Source: Takakia lepidozioides
Taxonomy: Eukaryota; Plantae; Bryophyta
Length of the DNA stretch: 64,000 bases
Reading direction: 5' to 3'
Assembly: GCA_030704615.1 (NCBI GenBank)
Contig: CM060734.1
Coordinates: 48,608,001-48,672,000, forward strand
Shown here: positions 25,896 through 36,903 of the stretch, piece by piece
Layout: every line of letters begins with the position of its first letter
Position numbering within the stretch: the first letter of the stretch is position 1
The notes under the pieces: model-generated
What the model was told of the DNA's origin: nothing
Seen by the model: the letters and a program-made list of their open reading frames with translations, nothing else
The model's database searches: none
Program-made: the position numbers and the translations under genes

Positions 25896-26768
25896 TTAAT
25901 TACACAAGCAAATCACCGAACACAAACATGAACAAGTGACGGTGCCTTTGGCCGACATTTGGGATAGTATACACATGGACAACATCTTTTATTTCCCAAA
26001 ACATACACAACAGCAATACAAATACTCATAGCGACAATGATCACACTGATATTACTTCACTACATAAATATAAACATATTCACTAAAATGTGCTGATGCA
26101 TGCCTAGAGCTTTTTTTGTTCAATTCCTTCTACTGCTTCGACGGCGGGACGAAGAAGATCCTAATCCCGATGCTCCGATAGACTGAAAATCCGAGACTTC
26201 ACCACCATTGCCATGATCAGTGCTGGAATCGTCCTCCCTATCCGACCCCATATGTCCAGGCCCTTGAATCTGCAAGCGACCTCGAACCACATGTAGTTCT
26301 CTCTAAGGTCGAATCTCACTACGATTTTGAATACCATCCACAGTATCTGGCCGGTTTGTAGGCCCATCGTCTACAAAGGTTGGATAGTTCTCTGTCGTTT
26401 ATGGACTTGGGATGCAATCGAAGGCGGTCTCGAAGGAAGTACCGGAGGGGGGTCTGCCTGAGATGGACCGGCATTAGATGGTCCTCCATGTGAGGAACCA
26501 CGGATCTGCTGCACAACAGCCAGTTAAGATGGAATTGTAGTGGCAGGTTGTCATCATCCGAGGCTTCAACTTCCGCCCGGGCAGAATGATGCGTGCGTGT
26601 AGAAAACAGATCAACCCTGTTGATCCTTAATGCTCGTTGTGTTGATGGGGAGCTGGATCGGTTTGGACATTGTGGTGGAGCTAGTCGTATCGGTGAGGCA
26701 TGTTCCCGTCCCGTCGACTATACAATAGGTTCGGCACCATCATTTGTATAAACAGGGTTACGTAAGTC
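25896..26768 (-). mobile_element. Inferred 3' continuation of the hAT remnant at 42176-42677
   Basis: Linked only by the near-matching TSD of copy A (GACGT/GACTT). The segment has no diagnostic motif of its own. Confidence 0.5.
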
Positions 26769-27711
26769 TGTCGAGCGGCTTTTACTCACCCATCCCTTCG
26801 CTATCCGAGGTGGAAACTCCAAGATAGAAGAGTGGGCATCTCTAAGCACTCAGCCCGCTCAGAACAATCAGTCATGACCTACAGCTAGTGAATCAGGGTT
26901 GTGCTTCCTATTTGTATTTCTTCTTGCCTTCATGTTAGCAATTTACCTTACTGTGTATACTGAAGCATCAGATTGTTTCAGTATCTACCAAATTCCATTC
27001 ACTCATCCATTCATTCCACAGCTTCACTCATGTCTCTCTACTCAGTGTGATTGTATCGAATAAGTATCCGATTATGATTTATCAGGTATCAGGCCAATGC
27101 CATGGTGACTCTAATCTGCCCTACAATATCACTACAGCTTTGCATGTAACAAGCATCTACTGTTCATCTTTCCTCTTTTATCGTGCTCTCCATTCTTGCT
27201 CCCGTTCTTGCTCTCCGCCTGATCTCCCCTCATGCATGACCAAGAAGCGCTCCCTGTGAAGTGATCCCCTACCTGGTGCTGCTCTGCCTAATCACCTACA
27301 AGCTGTTCAACCGCCTAACTAACTAACGGTCACCCCTGAAGTAACACGTTCCCTCTGCCAGATGTCTTGTTCCTACACAGTAGTTCCGTGCTAATGATAA
27401 CAGTTCCCTTGTGCGCTGGGACGGGCTGTGCCAAACGGAGTGGGCTGTGACTGTGCGGGGCCCTGGTGGGGGGGGTGTCGAGTGGCAGGGGCCAAACTGT
27501 GTTGGGCTGTGACTGCTGTGTAAAGCTGTGTCATGTTGTGTCGACCAATGACTGGCTGTGCAAAGCTGTGATAAGCTGTGATAGATTGTGAGAGCCTGTC
27601 TACCACCCCTAAACCTGTGTGGCCTAAGTCTACCATCTGTAAGTCTGCGCAAAATTAAGGGTACACCACAGAACCCGTAAAAGCGTCCAAGTCCCAAACA
27701 TCCCTCTAACA
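26769..27711 (-). repeat. 3' LTR of copy A
   Basis: TG...CA termini, preceded by the purine tract GAGAGGGGGAGAGGTAA. Confidence 0.92.
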
Positions 27712-27749
27712 TTACCTCTCCCCCTCTCAAAAAGCCGTGTCCTCATGGT

Positions 27750-30700
27750 TTACTGCTTAGGATCAGCAAACCTTTGTGAGCGAGCACCCTTCTGACGGTG
27801 CGAGTCTCTTGAAGGGCTCTGTGTGCGAGCTCGAGCCCTGTCACTGGCTGATGGAGGTGATTGAGCACCAAATGGAAATGTCTGACCCGCCTGTGGTTGA
27901 TAACGAGGTAACCTCTCAGGCATAGGAGATCCTCGTCGTTTCTTCTCTGCCATCTGGAGTGCATAGTCTTCCGCCATGTCAAAAGGTTCCTCTGAAGAAC
28001 CAGTAGTATCATAATCATCTTCCCCCCTGAGGTGTTTTGGCGGCCGAACTTTAAGTGGCTCCTCCGGAATCCTACGTGGCATACAATGTTGGCCCACCAT
28101 GTCTGGAAGCTTAAACTGTACTACTTGCTGTAAACGCTTGCAAGCAAAATGAGTGAACTCCCTGAACTCCTTGGCTGTATAGGTGAGAGGTGTGCCAATG
28201 ACTTTTGAACAGTGTAAGTATTTCCCAAGCTTCGTGTCCTTTATAGAAAATATCATCAGGGCCCAATTTTTCTTTGAGCAAGTTGTTCCAAGCCAAATTA
28301 AACCATGAACGAAGCTGGGAATCCTTCTGCATCATGACTTTCGCATCATAGAGATACATATGGGGCGGAACTGAAGGTAAGACCCAATGATCCCCACTGG
28401 AATAACTCAAAAATCATGATTGCATCTTCTGCTGCTCAATGTGATAACGTGCCATGAAACAAGCAGCATAGTACAATCCACAGCCCATGACAATACTAGA
28501 TACATCCCTGGTCTTGGTGTAGATGTACCCATGAACAACCTGGAAGGCAATTAATTCCTTCAGCATGGTGCTTGCCTCCGACCAGTACCTTGCAAAATGA
28601 TGATCCTCAATGGGTCGATTGTTCGGAAGAACCTTAGTCCGAGTTGCCACTGGCAACCAAATGCGCATGATCTGGTAATAATGTGCCAAAGATTGTGGAG
28701 GACTGAATTCCTCCCAAGCCAAATCCATCACAATGGGAATTTGGTTGAAGGGCATAATCATAGCCCGATTGTACTCCTGCGCAGCAGAAGTCCTAGGTGG
28801 GTTGAAAGCAACATCCTCCCAAACCTCAGACTGTGGCGGCGCCATGGTATCAACAGCGTGAGCCACCTGCACAGCCACCTGCTGTAGAGGTTGTGATATT
28901 GCCGCCGTTGTCCCTCCGCTGTCCTTCCTACTGCTGGCAACTCTTGCACCTCCTATGATGAAGACTGGAAAATAAGAGTCCTGGCATGCAAATAAGTAGC
29001 CACCAGCTGCTCCTCAGGAACAAAGACTCTTTTGTCAATATTGGAACTCAGGTCATCCACTTGAGTTTGCATGTCTTCCACATCATCCTGTAACTCCGTT
29101 ATTCTACTATAGACATGTCTATAGTAGTTGTGGCAATGTTCGGCACCTGTAATCTAAGATCATTCATCTCCCCCTGAGTGAGCTTTCGTGGTGCCTTCCC
29201 TTCTACCGGCCCTTGTGTGCCATACTTGCATAAGATGATTATCCACCAAGTCCTGTGTAGCACCCCTGAGAGCCTGCTCCTCCTTGAGTCTGTACACATC
29301 TAACTGCTATTGTAAAGCCTCCATGCGCTTCACATGAGGCTCAACCAGGGCCGCATAGGCAGCAGCCAGATTATTGGCTTCCTTCCAAGCCTTGTTAGCC
29401 ACAGAGAGTTCATTTTTGTGGCCCGTGAGTGATTGCTGCAACTGCAGGATGAACCTTTCCTTCTCAGCCTCAACCTGACTGTACTGTTGGAAATTATCCT
29501 CATTGCGACGGAGAGTAGCCTTCAGATCAGCAATAAGTTTCCCCTGCTCTACTGTCTCGGTTTCGGCCATCATACATCTCTCTGCTTGTCTGTTAAATTC
29601 TAACGCAGTTTGCTCCAGAGCAGTTGTTAGTGTGGCACATTGTATGGTCATTCTTTGATGAACTGTCTCCAACTCTGTATGAAGCACCTTCACTTCCTGC
29701 AATTCAATCAGATTCCCCTTTGCTAGCTGCAGGGCAGCCTTGGCATCCTCCAATTCTTTTTGCAACTTGAGGTTGGCCTCACAATCCACCTCGTTTGCAC
29801 ACTCAGTGGCAATTCTAGCCTCAAACTCCTGCTTGAGTTCCTCCCGCAAAGCTGCTAATTGTGTAGATTGAACATGGGATTTCACATAAATGCCCAACAA
29901 ATTGAGTGTCATGCTTATGGAACTCATAAACATGGCCTGTTGTGGATCTTCATGGTGAACTTGCTGCTGTTCTCCCTGATCCTCCACAATGTGATGTTTC
30001 ACCAACCATTCAGGCCACGTTCCCACAAGATCTTCTTCCTGAACGACCTCATTCTCCACAGGCGCTGCAGTGCCCTGACATTCTACCTCCGAAACCTCCG
30101 CCACAAGTTTGGGTATTACATGCACAGCAGGGATTTCCTTGGTCAAAGTCTGCACCTCTGGTACCACTGGTTCCCTGACCAAGCCAAAGTTTTCATAGAG
30201 AAGGTCACCCTTCTCAATTTCTGCCACGACCTGCTCTGTAGTAGGAATGTCCAACCCTTCTCCTTCCAGAGCAATAGGCTCTGGTGCAACAACATGTACT
30301 AACTGAGGGACCTCTAAAACAACCGAGTCAACTGGCTGTGATGGCTGTGGTACCGAAGTGACTTCTTCTTCCGTCTCCAAAGGTCATGCTTCCAGTAAAA
30401 ACAGCCCTCTGTGCGGCTGTTCCCCATCTTGCACAAGAGCTATGGAAACATCATCATTTCACGGTCCCATTGAAGCTAGTGGATCGGCCACTATAGGCCT
30501 GTCCCTCTTTTGTCTCTTGGACTGGTGCCGCCCTTCCAATCCACCTTCACCATGTGAAGAGCCATGCTCCTCAATTGCAGTGGTTGCTGCCTCAAACACT
30601 CCCATCTCCTTACGTTCTCGCGTATCAAGTATGCAAGAATCAAGAATAATTTGCGCAATCACTGGGCCAGACACAACGATTGGAGACTTAGCAGCAATGC

Positions 30701-31463
30701 CTTGTAACCGCTTCATCTCTTCCACCAAACCATTGTACATTAAGTCCGCCCAAGCCACATCTTCCCCCCTCAAGGCTTTCAGTATCTCCTCCGTGAATGA
30801 TCTGCTAAGGTATTGTTGGTTCTGTTTCATGGCAAACAGAACGTTCAGAACCTGACCAACTTTTCTTAACCCTGGGTACTTGGCCTTGGTACAAGTGTAT
30901 CCCTGAGTCTTCAAGAAACTCCTTTCTTGGAACAAATTGCCTATCTGCAATCTTGCCCTGTGTTGATCGACATTTACACGGCCTGATGGCAATTCAAACA
31001 ATTGCTGCAAGTATTGGGAAGTAATCTCTATATCTACTCCCCTCACTTGTGTAACTCCCGTCTGAGGTTCAAAGTTTTGAATGAATTGTATCATGAACGC
31101 CCTATGATGCAAGGACCATTCATTGCGTAGCAGTCCCTCCAATCGCAACTCCTTCCACAGCTGCACTGCCTGAGGTGTAGCAATTGTCTGCTTCTACAAA
31201 ATCGTGGTGCTCTTCACCCTAACATCCTCCATTCCCCGAATTCTCTTCATTCCAGACAAACAAGATGGCCTTGTTTGAAATAGATCTAAGAAAGCTTGCA
31301 AGGCGTAGAGCATAAAAGTATGGTTGGCACATAACGGAACGGGTAAGTGCGTGCAAGCCTGTGGGGCTTGCAAGTATCGAGTGAGAGGAATGTACTCTCA
31401 ACCCGTCCGTCCTTGCGCCACTGCGTAAGAAGTAAAGCGAGCGTATAATCTGTAATATCCGCC
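27750..31463 (-). pseudogene. ORF3 of copy A: ~1200-codon accessory gene, same sense as gag-pol, broken by stops and frameshifts
   Basis: Colinear ORF pieces 30459-31166, 29307-30380, 28414-28878, 28111-28410 and 27750-28256, with homologues in copies B and E. Confidence 0.8.
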
Positions 31464-34400
31464 ATAGCTACAAAGCTATAGTTTTGATTGCCCCTCCCGT
31501 CGAGACACTGGTTATTCGGAGTCACCCCGACTCTTCCGCTCATAACTCTTCGAATTTCTTGTTCTTGTTTCTTGGAGGGAACCACTTGCATGAAATTCTT
31601 GCTCCTGATTGGCTGTTGCCTCCTTGGGTAACTTCTTAATTTTACCCCCCTCAGTGGACATTCCCACTGGAATGTCCACTAGGACAGCACATGTGGCAAA
31701 AGTCCCCCTTTTTTGTACTCGTGAAGAGTTCCGTTACTTTTGCCCTGAATGCACTAATGGGCCCACAAATAGTTTTGGCTGATGTACCGATTAGGTACAG
31801 TTTGTCTTCTTGCATGATGACACCCACTTTTGCAATATATACACCGCGGTGTGCTTCGCCCTAGTGGCCACGTGTTCGTTTTCAGACATGCCTCCGTCTT
31901 CCCCTGTCCGCGTGGCACATTCTCCGAGTTTGACTTCCAAGCTGTCCTTTCACCCGCCGGCCACTTTTCTGACGTTAACCCGCATCCACCTGTCACTAAC
32001 CCTATGGACTGTGCAACCCGCGTGGGCTGTGTTAGGCTGTGTGATGTTGTGATGGGCTGTGATAGACTGTGTGACACTGTGGTGGGCTGTGATAGACTGT
32101 GTCACCCTATGGTGGGTTGTGATAGCTACGCGAACACCTGTACCTTCCGCCTTGGCCATACACACTCGGCGTAATGACAAGTGCTCCATACTCCGTTGGT
32201 ATCACCGGTGCAGCCCGTGACGGTTTCTGTGTTTCGACATGCAAATCGTGCCGCAATGGTTTGTTATGGATACCACTGTATCCCTTCAACTTATTGGCAT
32301 TGACTCTTCCCAACATCTCTTTGTTAATGGTTTGTAACATGGTTGTGTTGTTATCATACATCTTCTGTATGACATACGGTCCTTTCCATGGTGATTTAAG
32401 CTTAGAAGCTTTAATCTTTCCCTTCTTCTCCAACCACAATACCAAATCTCCCGTCTTAAAAGTCTTAAATTTACCTTCATCCAACTGATCCTTCCTCCTC
32501 ATCTGAATTCTGGTCATGTTATCTGTTGCATCAGCACGTACTTCTTTGATCTGCCATTGTTACTGTAAATGGGGCTGGTTTCATGCTACTTAGACCAAGC
32601 TTCTTCCTTAATTGGTCTGTCATGATATTTACTCCAGAACCACCATCTATCAGTACATCAGTTAGTTCTGTGCTTCCAATTCTCAATTGGATTACTGGCA
32701 TAGAATCATCAAAGTCCATGACTGGTTCTCGCCCTTCCGGCTTCACATTATAACTGGTCACCTTGCTGTTCAGGTCTGTGTTTCGTGTCTCTTGGGCAAT
32801 TCGATTGATTGCTTGATACAGCCTGTGCCTACAATAAGGTGCCACAGCTAATAGCTGTCCAATGGTAATTTCCGCTTTGGTCTGACATATTACTGCAGCC
32901 AAAGTCTCTTCATTACTTTGCATGTCTGCATCCTCTTTTTTCCTTTCTTCCTCACTCCCCTCTTTTTCTCCATCCGAATCAGAGGAATCTGCCACAGGAA
33001 TATCAGTACTCTTTTGCATTTCCCTTATAGTATCTGCCACTTCCTTGTGCAGTTCCTTCTCATCCTTCCAAGTCTCTTCATCTTCAGGCATATCATTGCC
33101 ACTTCCAGTCTCATCTTCTTCCTCTTCTACTGGAGGTATTAGTTTGGCTTTACTTCTTGTTACTATCATTGTACTTACTTCTGGTACAACACATGGCCTA
33201 ACCATGTGAGCTGCCACCACTGGGCCCTCATTCACAGGAGCTCTCATCTCATTCTGGTGTCTTATCCAGAATGAACAGGCTGCCTTGCGATGTCCTGGCT
33301 GATTACAATAGTAACATAGCTCTTCACCATTGGGTCCTCGCCCTTGGTCTGGTCTTGGATTATTTCTATAATCCTGATTCCCGGGCTGGTAATTCCCCCT
33401 TGGATTACCTTGATAGTTGCCTCTGGAATTTCCTTGGTAATTCCCTCTTGAATTACCTCTCCCTTCCATGCCATTGTTATAACCACCAGACCTACCATAG
33501 TGGTCCTGATCATTGCTTCTTCTTGGCTGGGGCTGCACCTGATGCACCTCACTTGCCTAGGTTCTCTTGCAGCTGTCCTTCTGTTGTAGTAACAATTCTC
33601 AGTAGAATGGTTATCCATTTTACAGATAGTACAGGTTTCTCCTTCATGTGGCATTCTGTAGTGGTATGGCCTTCATTCTGGCACTTTGCACACCATACAC
33701 CCTTCCTCCAATGTGTTGCAGCCTCTGTGGCATACTTCTTCAAGATTTCTTCCAATCTTTTCTCATAGTTATCCCTCTTCAACTTTTCCTTTCTCTTACT
33801 CTTTCTTTTTAGTTCTTGCTCTTCTTCTTCATCTGACTCATCTTCAGAGTCCTCATCTTCCTTTTTCTCTCTCCTGAGCATTCCCAATTGCTCAATTCTG
33901 TTTGCAGTTTCAAATGCCTCCTCCACTGTATTATGGGGTAACATATCCACTTTCTTCTGCAACTCTGGTCTTAGTCCACTCACAAACCAAGTCTTCTGTA
34001 AACCGGGTGCTGGTACTGCAGCCAGCTTTTTCATCATCAATTCCATCTTCTCCATATACTCTTCAACAGTTTCATGCTTCTTCTGCTTCAGCTGTTGTAA
34101 ACTTCCATACACTTCATCCTCAGTTTTACTTGTCCTGAACCTATTTCGAAATGCTGTATTCAAGCCATTCCAGGTTAGGAAATGATTATCAGGGAATCTT
34201 GCATACCATTCACTTGCTTTCTTGATAAGTGAACAAGGAAAGTCTCATCTTGGCATCATCATCGCCATTCTTATTGTTCACTATACACATGTGCTCAAAT
34301 TGGCTAATGTGTACATCGGGATCCCCTTTTCCTGAATATATTGGAAAGGGTGGTTTTGCCCGTGTTGGTTGTAACGCCATCTGTGGCCTACCTTCTGCCC

Positions 34401-35867
34401 ACTGACAGGTGCTGGCACCCTTGCTGGTGCTGGTCCTTCTGGACCTGTTGTTTTTGTGGTGGATCTTCCACCAAGTGGTGGCCCTTGAGCACTCCCTGCT
34501 TCTGGCCCCACGATATTCACAGTATTCCCAGCTTCAGTTGCACTACTTCCCACACTCCCTGTCCCCCCAGAGCCAGATCCAGGCAGCCCGCCTGATCCCC
34601 CTGAGCCGACACCTTCGTTGGCCTGTGATCCAAGTGCTCCACTTGATCCAGGTCCAACAGGTTGGGATGTCCTGGTTGTAGTCTCAATCTCAGCTGTTGG
34701 GTCTACTTCTTCATATTCTTCCTCTTCTAATTTCTTCTCTCTGTTTTCATCCTCCAAGTTCTGCCCTTGGGTTTCTTCTTCACTCATGTAACTCAACTGT
34801 AATGGTGTTGGAGAGTCTGAACTCTCCGTTGGCTCTGCCACATCCTCATCTCCTTCTTCATCTTCTGCTTCAGAAACTGGAGTTCCTGCTTTTGGTGTTC
34901 CATGCCAACTCTTATCAAAGATTTCTGTCAAGTCTTTTATCCAAGGATGTACCTCAGATCTTTCACACCTCGTGATTGATCTTCTTCCTGTACCAATTCC
35001 CTTAATCTTTCTTGCAAAGAAACAGAAGGAGTGGCATCCAACTCTAGTTCTTCCGGTATAGGTGATGCACTCTTTGATCTTAATGGTGTGAGAGGTCCAG
35101 ATGATTCCCCTATGTCTATTCCTCTCTCCCAAAGATATGGATAATTAGCTTTCAGATAGCTTTCTCTTTTTGCTGAATATCTCTGTCGTCTAGCTTCTCT
35201 TTCATCACTCATGTCCCATGTCTTTCATTTCTTTTAATGTGGCAATAACCAAAACTCTCTTCTGTAATATCTCTCGTATATGCCTAGGTTTCTTTCAAGC
35301 TTCAATGCACCCTTGGCTATACTTGAAGTCTCTGTTACCATATAACCATATGGCAAACAAGTCTGAAAAGCTGTTCTTGGTGTGAGTTTGATCCACAAAA
35401 TATGACCAATCAGATCAGTTCATCTAATTTTCCAGAAGATTTAAAAGAATTTAATATATTTTTAAAAAAGAACCGGAACCTAACACCAGTACAAGCTCTT
35501 CATGCATATGAGTATAAACATTCACCTTTCTTTCTTCCCAGCCTTCAAACTCTACTCGTTTAATGGATAGCAATGCTATCACATAAACCAATGTTGGTAA
35601 CCAACGTGCTCTTCCTCTACAGGCTACCTGATAAATCTTTATCACTCCTTTCTCCAGACCCCATTCTGGATCAGCATCATGCACTCGTTTAAGAATATTT
35701 TTCTTTACAACCCGTCTGGCAATTCCAAGAACCTTTGAAAGAATTGTTTGGACAATCTTTCTTCTTCCTTCGTTCCACAGGGAATTTGATTCACTTCAAA
35801 TTCTTTAATGGTCCATCCACCATGATCCCACCAGATGCCTGTCACATCTGGTTGTTCATGTCCCAGT

Positions 35868-35885
35868 TCCCCAGTATGGTCGCCA
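35868..35885 (-). promoter_or_regulatory. Primer binding site TGGCGACCATACTGGGGA
   Basis: Starts 2 nt inside the 5' LTR end and begins with TGG. Mutated equivalents are present in copies A and D. Confidence 0.85.
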
Positions 35886-35887
35886 AA

Positions 35888-36903
35888 TGTCGCGCGGCTT
35901 TTACTCACCCATCCCTTCGCTATCCGAGGCGGAAACTCCAAGATAGAAGAGTTGGAAATCTCTAAGTACTCAGCCCGCGCAGAACAATCAGTCATGACCT
36001 ACAGCTAGTGTATCATGGGGGTGTTTCCTATTTGTTTCCCTTTCCGCATTCATCTTAGCTACCTACCATTGATAATTAAGTATCAGTTTGCTTCATCATC
36101 TATCGTCCTTCCTTCACTCATCCATTCAATCCACAGCTTCACTCAGATCTCTCTACACAGTGTGATTGTATCAAGTATCATTATGATCATCAGGCCGAAG
36201 CCATTATGTCTCTAATCTCTCTACAATATCATACAGCTCATATAACACATCTACTAATCCTCCTCCTTCCTCCTCTCTCCGATCCTCTCCCCCCACTCCG
36301 AATCTCCTTCCCCAATAATCCCCCATCATCATTCCCCGTTCTTCCCTTTATCTTCCTATCCGTAGTTCTAACCGTTTCCCTCACTAACCGTCGCTTGTGA
36401 ACTAACATGTTCCCCACAGTCGTTCCCGTCCTGCTCTCTCCGTTCCCTATGATCGTGACCGCTGTGTCAAGCTGTGAGTGGCTGTGTGAAACTGTGACGG
36501 GCTGTGACTGGCTGTGCGACTGTGTTTGGCTGTGTCAGGCTGTGACTGGCTGTGTCGGCTGTGTCGGGCTGTGATTGGCTGTGTGGGCTGTGTGGGCTGT
36601 GTCGACTGTGTTTGGGCTGTGTCAGGCTGTGACTGGCTGTGTCGGCTGTGTCGGGCTGTGATTGGCTGTGTCGGCTGTGTCGGCTGTGTCGACTGTGACG
36701 ACTGTGACGGGCTGTGTTGGCTGTGTCGGCTGTGACGACTGTGACGGGCTGTGTCGGCTGTGTCGACTGTGACGACTGTGTAACCCCCCTCTACAGTGCG
36801 TTGCTGTCACCCCTAAGGCTCCTGTTGGTCTCAGTCTGTGCAAAAATTAAGGGTACCCTACAGATCCCATATAAGTGTCTAAGTCCCCTACAGTCCTCTA
36901 ACA
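35888..36903 (-). repeat. 5' LTR of copy B
   Basis: Pairs with 57753-58739; the 5-bp TSD AGTAC is perfect. Confidence 0.93.
36461..36781 (-). repeat. 9-10 bp CACAGC-core tandem array in the LTR (also 25549-25757, 27425-27600, 41414-41540, 42798-42930, 57875-58140; internal arrays 32025-32125 and 53221-53495)
   Basis: Units such as CACAGCCGA, CACAGCCAGT and CACAGCCTAT. Confidence 0.95.

Larger units (their letters stand above)
26769..32540 (-). mobile_element. Family 1 copy A, 3' half: integrase C-terminus, repeat array, ORF3, PPT, 3' LTR
   Basis: LKSPWKGPY (GPY/F motif), PPT 27712-27728 and LTR 26769-27711 of the same subtype as 42678-43577. Confidence 0.93.
32541..36903 (-). mobile_element. 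Family 1 copy B, 5' half: 5' LTR, PBS, ORF0, gag, protease N-terminal part
   Basis: LTR 35888-36903. Gag starts MSDEREARR at 35212 and has three CCHC knuckles. The segment breaks after TMADQRS. Confidence 0.93.

Noticed and set aside
27750-31463. Calling ORF3 an envelope gene
   Set aside because: Only the position supports it. No signal peptide or clear transmembrane segment is visible.
36461-36781. CRISPR-like or telomeric array, or Cys-rich ORFs
   Set aside because: Contiguous 9-10 bp units with no unique spacers and no TTTAGGG. The ORFs are by-products of the repeat.
26769-36903. An internally deleted non-autonomous element lacking RT, RH and INT
   Set aside because: The missing domains are at 46900-52800. 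It is the reciprocal product of the inversion.
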